A stretch of DNA of 64,000 nt from Saccostrea cucullata (taxonomy: Eukaryota), in contig NW_026932975.1 of assembly GCF_032062105.1 (NCBI RefSeq), forward strand, positions 186,001-250,000, given 5' to 3'. Of this stretch, positions 50,501 to 62,098 are shown piece by piece; position 1 is the first letter of the stretch; every line of letters starts with the position of its first letter. The translations under genes were made by a program, and so were the position numbers. The notes below the pieces were generated by a model that saw only the letters and a list, made by a program, of their open reading frames with translations, was not told the origin of the DNA and did no database searches.

Positions 50501-53500
50501 TAATATCAGGGATCATAAAACGTACTGACGCAGAAAACGTGATGGTCTTCTGACACTTTGTCATAACATCACCGTTGGTACTTTATGTAGATGAGACGAT
50601 GCAACAAAATTACTAGTATCCTGGACAAAAATAGTGTAGTTTTTATAGTTTACCATCATATCTTCTAAATATTTTGTGTTACAGTGTTGTCTTTACTTAC
50701 ATTTGATTAATACAAATACTTTCATTTTAACATAAACTTTTTATAATAAAAGATTGGTTATGCAAATCAGATTATGAAAATATTAATTGTAAATGCCATA
50801 ATTTGAACATTAAAAATACATGCAAAGAATTGTAACAAACAAACGTACGGTAAAAACATGCAGAATAATGCACTGTAAAAGAGCAGTGGAATAAAGAAAT
50901 ACGGACTTCTTGCCAGAGGGAATTTCACATACAACACTGACAGAAGCGTGTGAACAAACCTGTAGAAAAGCTTCCAAAAGTAAAGTCTTCCAAATTAAAG
51001 AAATCAAAGTTATTTGGATGATTTAGTAGGTAATGGTCTACAGTGATCGAAGGTATCACAGTCAATGGACCAAAGTTAACAGATGTTGCCCTATTTTCCG
51101 TTTACGTCAGATATCAGTACACACATATATTAATCAATTTTTAGCAGAGGTGAAGGAAAATTATTTTTCATTCTTATTAAAAAATTCAATTACTATCAAC
51201 AATTTTCTCTCTTCTGTTAAACATTGTAGAAATATTGTGCGGGCTATATAAAGATGTTATACAGGTGTAAAACGTCATTTGTGCTAAACATGTTAGTTAG
51301 AAAAGCCAGTTGTGTAAAAAAGTATTTTGCAGAAAGTGCAGTTTTCCTACCTTCAGGTCATCAATGTTCTGCTTAGTGGCGGATCCCTGATTTACTGGCA
51401 CCATGAATCGAGCCACCGTCTTGGAGCTCTCATCAAGCCAGTCACACAGGCTCTTCCAAGCATCGTAAAACTAAAATAAATGTTAAAATAAGTTAATATT
51501 TTGAAAGAAATAAAACATCTGTCAAAATACTTCACATATATTCATCACTATACATGTATATGTATTTACCCTTCATTTTGCCACAGAAAAAAATAACTAA
51601 AAGGTAGCCAATATGGTTTTCAGCAATAAACTTTAATAGTATTATTATTGTTTAGTTTTATTTACTTCTTCTTTACTCTTTAAGTGTAAATTTATAAAAA
51701 TGAAATATTTCAATAGTATATACCCGTTTGTCCTCTCTGTATGCCGACCTAAGAAGACGTCCTCTTTCATCTGTTCTTCGCATCAACTTTTTCCATCGTA
51801 ATTTGATTCCAACAAGGAGATTCTTTATATATATGGTATCTTGTTTCTTTCCAAAGTGTTTAAGATAGCTTCCATTCTTTTCAAGACTTTGCATTTTCTC
51901 TATATGCTGTTCCAATTCTGATTTTAATTTCTATATATAAAAGAGAAAAAGAGTACCGGTATGTTTGAAAATGAACAGAAGTAAATGTTTTCTTAATTAT
52001 CTTTCCTTCTATTCAAAGCTAAAAATATTTTCGTCACATTTACCCGTAAAAATAAAATTTTACTTACATTATGTTCTTCTATCTGCATGGTGACTTTCTC
52101 CACCAATTTGCTAGGATATTTGAAAGATCTCATGGCAATTTCGGCGCTATTTAACCATTCGGTAAACGTCTTCAGTGTATCATGGAACTCTCCAACATTA
52201 CGAAGATGTTCAGAAAGCTTATCCTAGAATTAAAGACAAATATATACAATATAAAAAGTACTTAAAAGGGTCATTAATCAACACATGCAGTTCATTTAAA
52301 GATGTTTTCCTTCAACTTACCTTTCTCTTTTCTGCACGGTCCTGTGTGTCTCGCCACCGATCCCCAAGCTTCCTTATTTTCTCCGTAATCTGAGCTGCAT
52401 CTTGTGGAGAACAAGATTTAGCCAGTTCTTGTCCTTTGGCAATAAGTCCCTGAGTTGCTTCATTTCTAGATTCTAGCTCCTCATATTTTGCCATGAAAGC
52501 ATCAAACTGGGCTTTTGATGTTTCTGGAAGAGCCCCGCAAGGAACGGCTGCTTTGAGCTCATTTCGGAAATCATTCACCCATTGATACGCATCATCCAAG
52601 TCTCCAAGGTACTTTTTCACTTGACGAAGATTTTCTTGCAATTTTGCTTCTTTGTCCCGTAGATTGGCCTGTGTGGCTCGAAGCTGTTCATTCATGGCAT
52701 CTCTTTTTTCTTTCAACTCAGGACAGTCTTGGATTGCATCAACGGCTGAACTTAGTTTCTTGCATATTTTATCTTGATTTTTTAAATCGTTATTCATCAC
52801 CTAGAGTCAAGAGTATATTCTTAGTTTCTTTGATGTCTTTCTAATTTTAATGTCAATAAAAAATGTACCTGACATTTCTATATTATGTAAAAAAAACTTA
52901 CTTGAAGTTTTTTCATATATGTTTCCAAACATTTAGGATCACCCTTCACACCTTCAAACTTCTCAAGGTCTGATTGCATCTTTTCTAAGCTACCTAAACT
53001 ATCGTTTATTCCAGCATCCAGCTCACCCAACTTCAGCTGCATAGAACTCAACTTTGCCTTTGAATAAACAAAAGAGTCAGCATTAGCTCATAACAGACAT
53101 TTATGCTCTCGCATATGAACATCTTTGAAACAAAATAATGAAATTATCACAGTTTATATAATTCAATGTAGTTAGTACTTCTCTGTCTGTGATTCCTTTC
53201 AGTAAAGCAGTCCATCTCTGGTTGATTTCTTCCACTGGTCTCTGAAGAGCTTCGGCAGCTACAGGAGACATGTCCTTTAGAGTTGCTAACTCTTGATTTA
53301 GTTGTTGAACGTCCGCCACATGAGGATGAAGTTCGGATTTATTGGACTGCAATACATGATTGGTAAGTGGATCTTTACTGCATGTATTTGAAATCATTTA
53401 CGAAGAAATAATCACTTTAAGAAATCAAGAATAAGCAAGAAATCGGGTAAAAGAAAGGTTTCAATTGACTACTCTAAAGTTGTCGACAATATAAATATTT

Positions 53501-56500
53501 CAAAAATGTATTCTAACATAATCTACATGTTTCTATGAACTGAATCATGCAACACCATGCAGAAATGAAATAGATCAACCAAAGTAAACCCATGCATCGC
53601 AGTAACTCCTCTGTGCCTTTTCACACTTTAAAATGTTTTAGCTGACTTTCGTAATTGGAAAGGGATAGAAATTAGTAAAACAGGAACTGCATGATGTGAT
53701 AAAAAAAATCTCTACATCACAAAAACACAAAGTAATATATTAATAGTAGAGGTTAATATATGCTATGAGGTTACGTGATTATCAATGGTCACGTTATAAT
53801 GCTACACAAGTATGATACAAACCCCTTGAGGTTCAATATATATGTTACTCGCAAACACCTGCAACATAGTTTATAGGAAGACGTCAACCAAAGCAAAGAA
53901 ATACACACCTAGTCCACTTACAGAAATGTCAATAAGAATAACAGTCTAATTGTATTACATGATGTATTGTTAAAATATCATAAATTTATAGTGTTTGATT
54001 TCATTATTTGAGAGGAAAAGAGTTTATTTTTATGTTATAAAGTTATATTACTTTCTAAAATGTTAGATTGGCTTGAAATTTACGAGAAGATTTAAGGATT
54101 AAAAACGTTAATATCATCTTTCAAACGCTAAAATCTCAGAATATTTGTCATTTTTCAATGTTAGTTAAGCACACTTTTGTTAGTTTTTAAATAATATATT
54201 TCTTAAAATAAATGATATTGTGATACAAATCAAATAATATAATAATATAACAGAGTTGTATCATTTATCATGTTCATGCAACATACTTTGAAATAAATAT
54301 CGCATACACGATTCATGCAATTGACAATGTTTGTTATATCTTACCTTCAGTTCCTCTATCTGGGATTTCAACGTCTTTGGATTACTGGAGGGTGCCTCCA
54401 TATCATCCAGAGCCTGTTCTGTTAAAGGCATCCAAGTCATAATCGTCTGCAACAAATCAAGTAATGGGTCATTTTATGATCAGTCCTATTTTCTAAATGT
54501 GTTTGTTATTGTCAATTATACTATGTGTTGACATATATTGCTTACTTCGTCATTTATTTACTAATAAATAACCATTCAATTCCAACCTTGTGTTTTCTTT
54601 TGTGTCAAACAGAGCACTACCGTATCAGGTATTCATAAGTACTAATAGTAATGGAATTTGACGAAATTTTTACTTACTTCTTGAAGCTCTTGGAATTTCT
54701 CAGTGTGACCAAGTGCTTTCTTTAGGTCCTCTTCCCTGTCACGTGCAATATCATGCACATCATCTGCTAAGACGTGGATGTCTTCTAACTGTTTTCTGAT
54801 CTCCATCAGACCTGGGTCACTACATAGTCCACTAAGTTCTTCTCCTAATTGTCTACACTCTTCAAATGAAAGTCTTGCTTTTCCAAGTTCTTTTCTTAAT
54901 TCCTGAATCAAATAAAGATCAAAAATATCATTTTTCATTCATTTCACTTTCTGGTCTAACATAAATGTAATATTAATTTTAAGGTTACAAATTTCTTTTA
55001 CCTTTAGTTCCTTTTGTTGTTCTTCAACAGTTGAGGAATCGACACCTGGTGGTTCTTGAGATAGGAAATTGTCCTTTAGATCCCGTAAGTTAGAGACTGT
55101 TTCGTTACAGGAGTCAAAAAACTTCTCTGCAACTTTCACAGCACTAGATAATTCAGCTTCCCTTTTCAAAGCAGCCTCTCTATTTTGATTATTCAGCGTT
55201 GCTATTTCTGTTAACTTTAACTTGAGGTCTTCAGCTAATCAATGCAATATAAAACGAAAATTAATTTTAAAAACCTTTGAATTCGAGTAATTCCTCTAAC
55301 TTGATGTTGTTTTTAGCAAGACTAAATGAATATTTCTTTTACCTTCTGCAGGATCATCCACTCCTTGATCTAGAACTTTCTTCACAGCTTCATCTGCAGC
55401 TGCAATGGCTGGACGCTGATTTTCCAGATCTTCAAGTAACAACTGAACGAGAAAAGCAATGGTATACATAAATAAGCGGTTCGTAATTAATATATTCTTG
55501 TAATTTATATAAAGTTCTTTTCAACGTGTCTTACATTGTTTTGTCTGATTTCGTCTCGCAGCTTATCAGGACTTGCTGCCACAGGATCTGCTGTTGCTAA
55601 ATCTCTGTTCAGTTGTTCTAGATCTCCTAGGATGTGATCCAATGAATCTGAGACCTCCTGCGTCATCTTACTCCTAGCTACTGTAAGTTCCTTTGCTTTC
55701 TCTCTCGCTTGAGTTTTAAGTTTTTCATATTGTTCATTATATTTTAAAAGTTTTGTCTGAATATCCCCTGCATCATCATCACAACACAACTCCATTAACT
55801 CCAAACCCGTTGTATTCAGATCTTCTAAGAAAGGTTTGTGATCCTCAATCTTTTGTTGAGTGTCCTGAAAAAAGTACAAATGTTTATATCCAAATGCCAC
55901 ATGCACTTCTTTTTGTTTGTTATTTTCTTGCATCGTTTGCTTTAAGATTGGAAAATATTGTAGTTGTAGTTGTAAATTAATGTTTTACCTCCAATAAGTA
56001 TTTTTGCATGTATTAGACATATATATATATTATATATTCCATACTTTGAGTTGATTTGTTCTCTTACTTTAACGAACATAATATATTAAGAAGGATTTGT
56101 AGATTTTAACTTTGTTTTTTAAAGGAAGGTACGGAACATATTAAGCTTATTTTTCAGTTTATCCTCTTGATCATTCAACAAAACAAAATCAAAGTAGATA
56201 AAAAAAATTTTAGTCGAAAAGATGGTCAAAACAAAAGGGTAAAACAAAATTGAGCTAGAATGTATATCTTTTTAACTAACTTTAATATTGTCCAACTGTT
56301 TTTTCACTTGTTCTAAAGTGTTTCCTGGTGATGAATGAGCTTTTAAGTCTGCTTCCATTTCGTCAAGCCAGCTGTGAATTTCTGTTTGGTTTTCACTGAA
56401 GTGTGTTGCAAGAGGAAGAGCAGATTCTAGTTGATGCAGACGTTCTGCACTTAATTGGCAGACGATATCAGCCTGTGTTTTGATGCTTTCTAGTCTTGAT

Positions 56501-59500
56501 TTGATTTCATCAGTTTGGGCATTGGTTGTTTCGCGTAACATTCTGTTACATTTGTTGATGATGTCTTTGACTGCATTTCTCTTTTGATTCAGATCCATGT
56601 TAAACGACTGTAAGGAAAATGTATTCATCAATAACACACTGACTGCAATTAAATAAGTACTGCAGTATTTTCAAAAACATCGTCGACTATTTACCACAAC
56701 TATAATTGATAGTATTTTAATAAAAAGCATTAAATCACTTTACCTGGTGGTCATGAAGTTGAATTGTGAGAGTTTCTGGTTCAACATTAACTGGTTCTGC
56801 CGTGTTGATTTCATTTTCAGCTTTATCCAGGTACTTCAACATTCCATCAATCTCGGTTAGAGCCTACAATGGACATGATAGATATACCCCACATTTGTAA
56901 TGTACAATTCATCATAAAATGTTGAGAAAAATATATACTGTAGCTATTCTTACCTCCAACGACACCTGCTGCACTAAATGTTCCGTTAATTCATGCCATT
57001 TTACTTCAACCTCCCCAAGGCATTCTTTCATTGCAAACTGATCACAAACTCTTTCATCCTCCATGATCTGTTTTGCTGATTGTCTGAGTTTTTCCATATC
57101 ATATTCTTTCTCCCGTTTGTCATTATACAACACATCTATCTTGGCTTTTATAGCCTTTTGATTTGCACCTTTTTGTCTTGTTTTTAACGAGGTAATTGCA
57201 TCAGTAAGCCAGGAATCCATCTGGCCGATGTTGTTTTCCAGTTCGGACACACTGCAAGCTACATCTTCAATTTCCATCGTTATTTGATCAGCCTCCTTCT
57301 CTACCTCTAACATTCTAAATAAAAATTACAACTCAGTGTATTTGCTATTAAAAAGCAGTGTGGGTTATATATATTCTTTTTATTCCAGAACATTGAACAA
57401 AACCTCAGGTTATTTATCAAATTTTACAAACCTTTCATTCAGTTCAAGGATTATCCCTTCTGCATCATTGTCCGAGGTCTTTTGTCCAGTTTCTCGTGAT
57501 ATCCTTTCTAAGAGTGTTTTATTCGTTTCTATTTCACCATTTAGAAGACGTTGTTCCTTTAACTGATTACCAAGTCTATCTTTGTCCAGACTTATTAATG
57601 GTCGATCCCCTAACGTGTTCTCAGTCTCTGATATCCATCTTAACAGTCCATCCAAGCGATTCCTAAGGTTTTGTTGCTGAGACACTGCCGACGAAAGTTC
57701 TTCTTCTTTCTCACTAATTTCTCCTTGTAAAGCTTCGTGTTTTTTCTTCATTTCAGTCATAGCTTTCTTAACTTCATCTGCTTTTTGTTTCATGTTTATT
57801 TCACTTAAACCTTTGACCAATTTTTCACCACCTTGAAGAAAATCCTTTAGCTTTCTGTCTTGTCCTATAAGATCTGCTTTTAAATCTTTCACCGATGCCA
57901 GGTCTTTTGCATCTTTTTCTGGATTTTTTCCGAGTCCATTTCCATGAATGTTGCTAAGACGACCCTCGATTTGTGGATAAACAGAAGAAAGTTTGTCTTT
58001 CAAATCATCGAAACCTTTCTTCTGTTTCATTAAGGCGGCAAGTCTTTCCATATGCTTGGAACAGTCACGTGACACATCTTTGTACTTTTCTTCCAGAGAT
58101 TCGATTTCGTCATCGATGATGTTGTTGTCGACGTCCTCCTTGATGGGAGGCAAAACCTGGATACGCTGTCGATAAGCTTCAGCCTCTTTTTCGAATTCCT
58201 TAAATAAAGAAAAAGGATCAACATAAAAAGATTGTGAAGATATGGAAGACAATTTGATTCAGAAGACAATTGCAACACTTACTCTCCCACATTTTACAAA
58301 GAAGTCGAAATGTTGACATGTACAAAGATCAACATCGTCATCGTCTTCATCGCTGTATGAGTAATTGTTAGTAATCAAGCCCTCTCTTTTTTCTATTGAA
58401 GCCATTATACTCATGTCATTGATCACATTTTGCACTCATTAATATCAAAAACATATCATCCCGTTGTCAGATACATACGTAGGATCTAGTTTCCTTTCTA
58501 GTACGTTCTCCCTTTTGTTTTCTGTCATGCTTTCAAATAAGCTAAATCAATGTCCGGTGCTTACATAATTTAGGTTGGTTCCATTTCAGCAAGAATTTTG
58601 ATCAACAGTATATTCCAACTTAAGGTTAAGCAAGCGATTTATCAAATTGTCAACACAGTACACTGAACTACCCGAGCTTCGATCAACTCTGTGAATCGAT
58701 GAATAATTCATGAATATGATGTACAAAATACAATTGAAAGAATAATTTGAAATTTAAAGAAATGTCGATCTCCGTCAAATTGATGCCAAGTGTTTATTTC
58801 TTGCTATCTTCTATTGCACACACCGTTCTCTCTGAGAATGTCGTTGTGAACTTCCAGATTAAAAGGATTTGTAAATAAACCATTGTGATAGCACTGAAAG
58901 AGCTTGAATGAAGAGGTGGATAACAGACGTAATCGATGATAGAGACAGAAAACTGGTAAACCGATTAATTCCTTATCTTTTGCTTTCTTTTTAAAAGTTT
59001 ATGGTCACTCCATGAATCAGAGGATACCAATTGTGTTGTAACCCGTTGAAAAAAAAACAAGGATTATGAATTTGTATTCAAATAGTTATACTAGCATTTC
59101 CTTCATGTATAATGCAATGATAAAAAAATCAATTGCATTTTGTGCCATACGGATTTTAAAACGTGAACTTTCATCGATAATTCCTGCTAGTACAGTATAA
59201 CAAAAATGTAAAAGAACTGGCCTGTACAACAAGGTTTAAAAACGTTAGCCAACTTCCAGATGTTCCAGATCTTATCCAAAGGTTATACACAGTAATGCTA
59301 CTCTTGCAAAGTTAAAACTTAACTGAGAAATCACTTCGTTCTACTAGATTAAATAATGCTTCTGCAGTGCATATTTATATATGATTTATATTCTTTTCAA
59401 GAGCAGTTTAACAAAGTTATTGAAACATTTTAAGACTTTAAAGGATTATTGATTTCAAGGATCTGCATGTAGATCTGTTGCTGAGATTATAGGATCAAGA

Positions 59501-62098
59501 ATTCAAACACCAGCATTACAACGGAACGTCAAGGATATTTTTCTAAGGTATTACACTCTCTTTCAGAGCATATTCATACATTTAAGACAACATATTAATA
59601 TTTCCTACCTCAAATATTTCCTCGATTGATTGACATTGCACGTCATGTAAATCAACCGCCATTACAGAACTTATCCAACTGAAAATGTGTTAACAATCAC
59701 CCGAGACTCAACCCATGTCGCCACCCGCTATCTTTTTTATGCTTAATAATCATTACCCTCGTATATCTCACATCTCTGTGTGTAAAATATCCGATATCCT
59801 ACATCAGTGATTTAAAACATTAAAGAGCCAATGATTCGAAACATGGTAAGTATTTATCATTTATTTATATATGCTGTGACCAAATTTAGTGAAGAGGGGT
59901 TTAACGCCACCTTAAAAAACAAACAAAAATAAATTTTATCCCAACACCAGATCTACCCAACATCATTTCTCCTAAAAGCATTCATTCATTTTTTTCACTT
60001 CCATACAAGTGTCATTTTAGACCCTTTATTAGTATTTCTCAACTTATGGTATATTATTAGGTCTAGATATAGAAAATCAATTAAATGGAAGAGATTATTG
60101 TGAATATTTAAAGTCCCGTCACGGTTATTAATCGGACTTCTATTTCTTTGATAGTATTACCCACTGATATGAATCTAAACCGGATTTTTTAAAAATCTTA
60201 TAATGAAATGAAAACGATGAAAGTATTTTAAAAATCAGATTTATTTTCTTAACCCACAGAAATGAACGACTTCATAAATCTACATGTGTGGCAAAAATAC
60301 ATGTTCTTCAGAAAAATTGCGATTACTGAGTATCTATACCAGATATTAAAATAAAATCTAAATTCAATTCAGATGCGATGTATATAAGAATATACAAGAT
60401 ACAAGAATTTAATAGGCTATCTATATCTCTAATTTTAATATCAGGAACTTTAAAATCAGTCTTTTGTTGTAATTTAATTTTCATTGTTTTCGTGTTGTAG
60501 GAGAGACATGCGATTTCAAGTCCTTCACAAAATATTTTCATGTCAGGCAACAGTTTCTTGAGTTTTCTTCAAATACCAAGCCAAAACAGGAAGAAACGAT
60601 ATTTTTTCATTCAAGGAAAGTAAGTCATTTAACAGTTTTTGATCAAGTCATTTGGTAAAAAGCAGGGAAACTAATTTTTCTGAATATATAATCTATTAAT
60701 ATAAGTATGTATTACATGTATAGGTAAACTTGTATTTATTATGCATCAATTACCTGTGCTGTATCTCGGAAATCATCAGCCATCTTAATAAAGCCCGAAA
60801 TTTCAACTTCTTTTCCTTGTAACTCTTCAACAAATTCCTAAAAAATTACCATACAAGATTTTTTCAAACTTGTCAATTTTATAGGATATAAGAAAACCTT
60901 TGATATTCAATGATTTCTCTTGTTAAATATGAATGTTAACTTGATAAACACCAAAAAATCTTATTCTGACAAAATATAGTTGTCAATTGGAACATTATAT
61001 TGATACCTTAAAATCATTATATTGGTTGTAAATGTTATCTTTGGAAGATTGAAGGTCACGTGACTTCTCTATTGCTTGGTCCAACCATTGGTCAATCTCT
61101 TGTAATGTCTTGTAGAACTGTTCTAAGTCCTCTGTCATTTTCTGGAAACGCTTACGTCTGCTTTCAGTTTCACCAAAAGCCTTGAAAGGAAACAAATTCA
61201 ATCTACATTGTATTATTCTTAAATATATGTAAACTCACAAGAAGGGAATGTGAACTTTTCTTGGATTTCTTTAAAATATATTAATCTAGCTTTCCTTGGA
61301 TTTACAATTTCAAGACTTCAAACATTCACGTAAATGTGCTTTTTTTTACATCGATTTCATAAAGAAATATGTTATTCTACACAAATCGTATTTTTCTAAA
61401 CAAATGTGTATTATTTTTGCCTAAAACCGCGAAAAATATATCTTTTAAAATAAAAATATCAATTTATATTATAATCTGTATTCAAACCTATAAGAATATC
61501 TAAACAACATGCACAGAAAATTGTAGCGGGTCGACTTCTAATAGTTATCATTCTCTATTTTTTATCAGATGCATTTCAAACAAAATTTAAAATTCTAGGA
61601 TGAAAAACTTTTTCGATAAAAGAAGTTAATTGAGTAAAACAGCTTTATAAAGTTTTTTTTCATGATGTCTAACCTTCTAAATTCAAATTAAGCATGCAAA
61701 TATAAAAATACTTTATGAATTATGACAAATGATAGTTACAAGATTTGAAGTTCAACAAGTAGCATATACACATAATCTTTTGTTATCTTTTCAATATTTA
61801 TTTACACTTAAAAAATTGCTTCTTTCGTTCATTAAAAAATAATTAAAAAAAAAATACAAATATTAAATGAAATTAAAATTTTGCACTTGTAATTTGTAAT
61901 TTTTAACCACTCCAGATACGGTCAAATACCTACAGCATTGAACCTGATTTTGAGGTCAGACACGTTGAAACGAAGTTTTTGGATCTGCTGAGCGCCATCT
62001 TCCTTCCGGTCCGTCTGATTGTTATCGATGAGCTCTTCTGCCTGCTTGATGGACGAGGTCACACCAGCCTTTCGCCTCACCATATCTTCTTGCATAAA
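38067..62098 (-). CDS. MACF1: Spectraplakin (MACF1/dystonin/Shot-like), 3' part: 33 coding exons, about 2,228 aa, 5'-partial
   Basis: Exons joined by hand at GT-AG sites keep one open frame. Tandem spectrin repeats, EF-hand [15 protein letters not shown] domain (QCQCR...VMVRVGGGW...NDPCRAKGRTN), Ser/Arg/Pro tail, TGA at 38067-38069. Symbol is family-level, orthology not tested. Confidence 0.93.
39110..39229 (-). CDS. MACF1: spectraplakin exon (AGSSGDNS...SSDFG)
   Basis: 120 nt, phase 1/1. Confidence 0.82.
39987..40127 (-). CDS. MACF1: spectraplakin exon ([10 protein letters not shown]...SSTSS)
   Basis: 141 nt, phase 1/1. Confidence 0.87.
40295..40324 (-). CDS. MACF1: candidate 30-nt alternative micro-exon ([10 protein letters not shown])
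   Basis: Long pyrimidine tract + CAG acceptor, GTAAGT donor, phase 1/1, open frame. Confidence 0.55.
40668..40785 (-). CDS. MACF1: spectraplakin exon, GAR C-half (FGEKQ...VRVGGGW...NDPCR)
   Basis: 118 nt, phase 0/1, GAS2 hallmark. Confidence 0.95.
41212..41349 (-). CDS. MACF1: spectraplakin exon, GAR N-half (QKTRL...QCQCR...EGKYR)
   Basis: 138 nt, phase 0/0. Confidence 0.9.
41467..41579 (-). CDS. MACF1: spectraplakin exon, degenerate EF-hand 2 (HFPTNKTEL...MKPVRH)
   Basis: 113 nt, phase 1/0, FPT..EL.AV.D.F signature. Confidence 0.87.
41830..42329. mobile_element. intronic hairpin-headed non-autonomous DNA element
   Basis: About 60-bp-arm inverted repeat at 41843-41976; TGATAAATA direct repeat at both ends; family not assigned. 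Confidence 0.6.
42561..42723 (-). CDS. MACF1: spectraplakin exon, EF-hand 1 ([12 protein letters not shown]...[12 protein letters not shown]...)
   Basis: 163 nt, phase 0/1, canonical EF loop. Confidence 0.92.
42816..42948 (-). CDS. MACF1: spectraplakin exon (SNMRLND...NPRV...DTLQE)
   Basis: 133 nt, phase 2/0. Confidence 0.88.
43121..43218 (-). CDS. MACF1: spectraplakin exon (EFHEEVTSK...RHYG)
   Basis: 98 nt, phase 0/2. Confidence 0.87.
43914..44102 (-). CDS. MACF1: spectraplakin exon (LLQRAKNQ...YKEHL)
   Basis: 189 nt, phase 0/0. Confidence 0.9.
44455..44598 (-). CDS. MACF1: spectraplakin exon (KFQEELR...CHPNAI...TRWDQ)
   Basis: 144 nt, phase 0/0, CHP motif of late spectrin repeat. Confidence 0.9.
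44696..44821 (-). CDS. MACF1: spectraplakin exon (AEEFQDA...IEKHE)
   Basis: 126 nt, phase 0/0. Confidence 0.88.
45039..45200 (-). CDS. MACF1: spectraplakin exon (TMQQELG...ESLKL)
   Basis: 162 nt, phase 0/0. Confidence 0.9.
45399..45558 (-). CDS. MACF1: spectraplakin exon ([10 protein letters not shown]...IEQHK)
   Basis: 160 nt, phase 2/0. Confidence 0.9.
46612..46700 (-). CDS. MACF1: candidate alternative exon ([13 protein letters not shown]...LMSP)
   Basis: CAG acceptor, CAG|GTGAGA phase-2 donor matching the exon at 45558, open frame. Confidence 0.45.
48914..49086 (-). CDS. MACF1: spectraplakin exon (RFQHQLA...SVVSR)
   Basis: 173 nt, phase 0/2. Confidence 0.88.
51351..51470 (-). CDS. MACF1: spectraplakin exon ([12 protein letters not shown]...IDDLK)
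   Basis: 120 nt, phase 0/0. Confidence 0.88.
51724..51930 (-). CDS. MACF1: spectraplakin exon (KLKSELEQ...REDKR)
   Basis: 207 nt, phase 0/0. Confidence 0.88.
52068..52223 (-). CDS. MACF1: spectraplakin exon (DKLSEHL...IEEHN)
   Basis: 156 nt, phase 0/0, FTEWL helix A. Confidence 0.88.
52321..52800 (-). CDS. MACF1: spectraplakin exon (VMNNDLK...AEKRK)
   Basis: 480 nt, phase 0/0. Confidence 0.9.
52902..53057 (-). CDS. MACF1: spectraplakin exon (AKLSSMQL...MKKLQ)
   Basis: 156 nt, phase 0/0. Confidence 0.88.
53179..53346 (-). CDS. MACF1: spectraplakin exon (SNKSELHPH...ITDRE)
   Basis: 168 nt, phase 0/0. Confidence 0.88.
54345..54446 (-). CDS. MACF1: spectraplakin exon (TIMTWMP...IEELK)
   Basis: 102 nt, phase 0/0. 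Confidence 0.88.
54678..54902 (-). CDS. MACF1: spectraplakin exon (ELRKELG...FQELQE)
   Basis: 225 nt, phase 0/0. Confidence 0.9.
55002..55234 (-). CDS. MACF1: spectraplakin exon (AEDLKLKL...QQKELK)
   Basis: 233 nt, phase 1/0. Confidence 0.88.
55343..55442 (-). CDS. MACF1: spectraplakin exon (LLLEDLENQ...DDPAE)
   Basis: 100 nt, phase 0/1. Confidence 0.87.
55535..55864 (-). CDS. MACF1: spectraplakin exon (DTQQKIED...IRQNN)
   Basis: 330 nt, phase 0/0. Confidence 0.9.
56281..56607 (-). CDS. MACF1: spectraplakin exon (SFNMDLNQ...LDNIK)
   Basis: 327 nt, phase 0/0. Confidence 0.9.
56744..56863 (-). CDS. MACF1: spectraplakin exon (ALTEIDGM...LHDHQ)
   Basis: 120 nt, phase 0/0. Confidence 0.88.
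56954..57314 (-). CDS. MACF1: spectraplakin exon (MLEVEKE...QQVSLE)
   Basis: 361 nt, phase 2/0. Confidence 0.9.
57432..58198 (-). CDS. MACF1: spectraplakin exon (EFEKEAEAY...ELNER)
   Basis: 767 nt, phase 0/2, within the 280-aa ORF. Confidence 0.9.
58283..58414 (-). CDS. MACF1: candidate alternative first coding exon (MSIMASIEK...VKCGR)
   Basis: ATG-initiated 44 codons ending at a GTAAGT phase-0 donor, 84 nt upstream of a phase-0 acceptor. Confidence 0.5.
59609..59662 (-). CDS. MACF1: candidate alternative start exon ([18 protein letters not shown])
   Basis: gtaATGG context, GAG|GTAGGA phase-0 donor. Confidence 0.35.
60754..60837 (-). CDS. MACF1: spectraplakin exon (EFVEELQGK...RDTAQ)
   Basis: 84 nt, phase 0/0, AG/GT flanks. 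Confidence 0.85.
61007..61180 (-). CDS. MACF1: spectraplakin exon (AFGETESRR...YNDFK)
   Basis: 174 nt, phase 0/0, spectrin helix A (IDQWL). Confidence 0.88.
61934..62098 (-). CDS. MACF1: spectraplakin exon (FMQEDMVRR...KIRFNA)
   Basis: AG/GT flanks, 165 nt, phase 0/0. Confidence 0.85.

Noticed and set aside
49921-50730. Strong donors at 49921 and 50701 as coding alternative exons
   Set aside because: No open phase-0 ATG frame matching the next acceptor; they could only be UTR exons and there is no further support.
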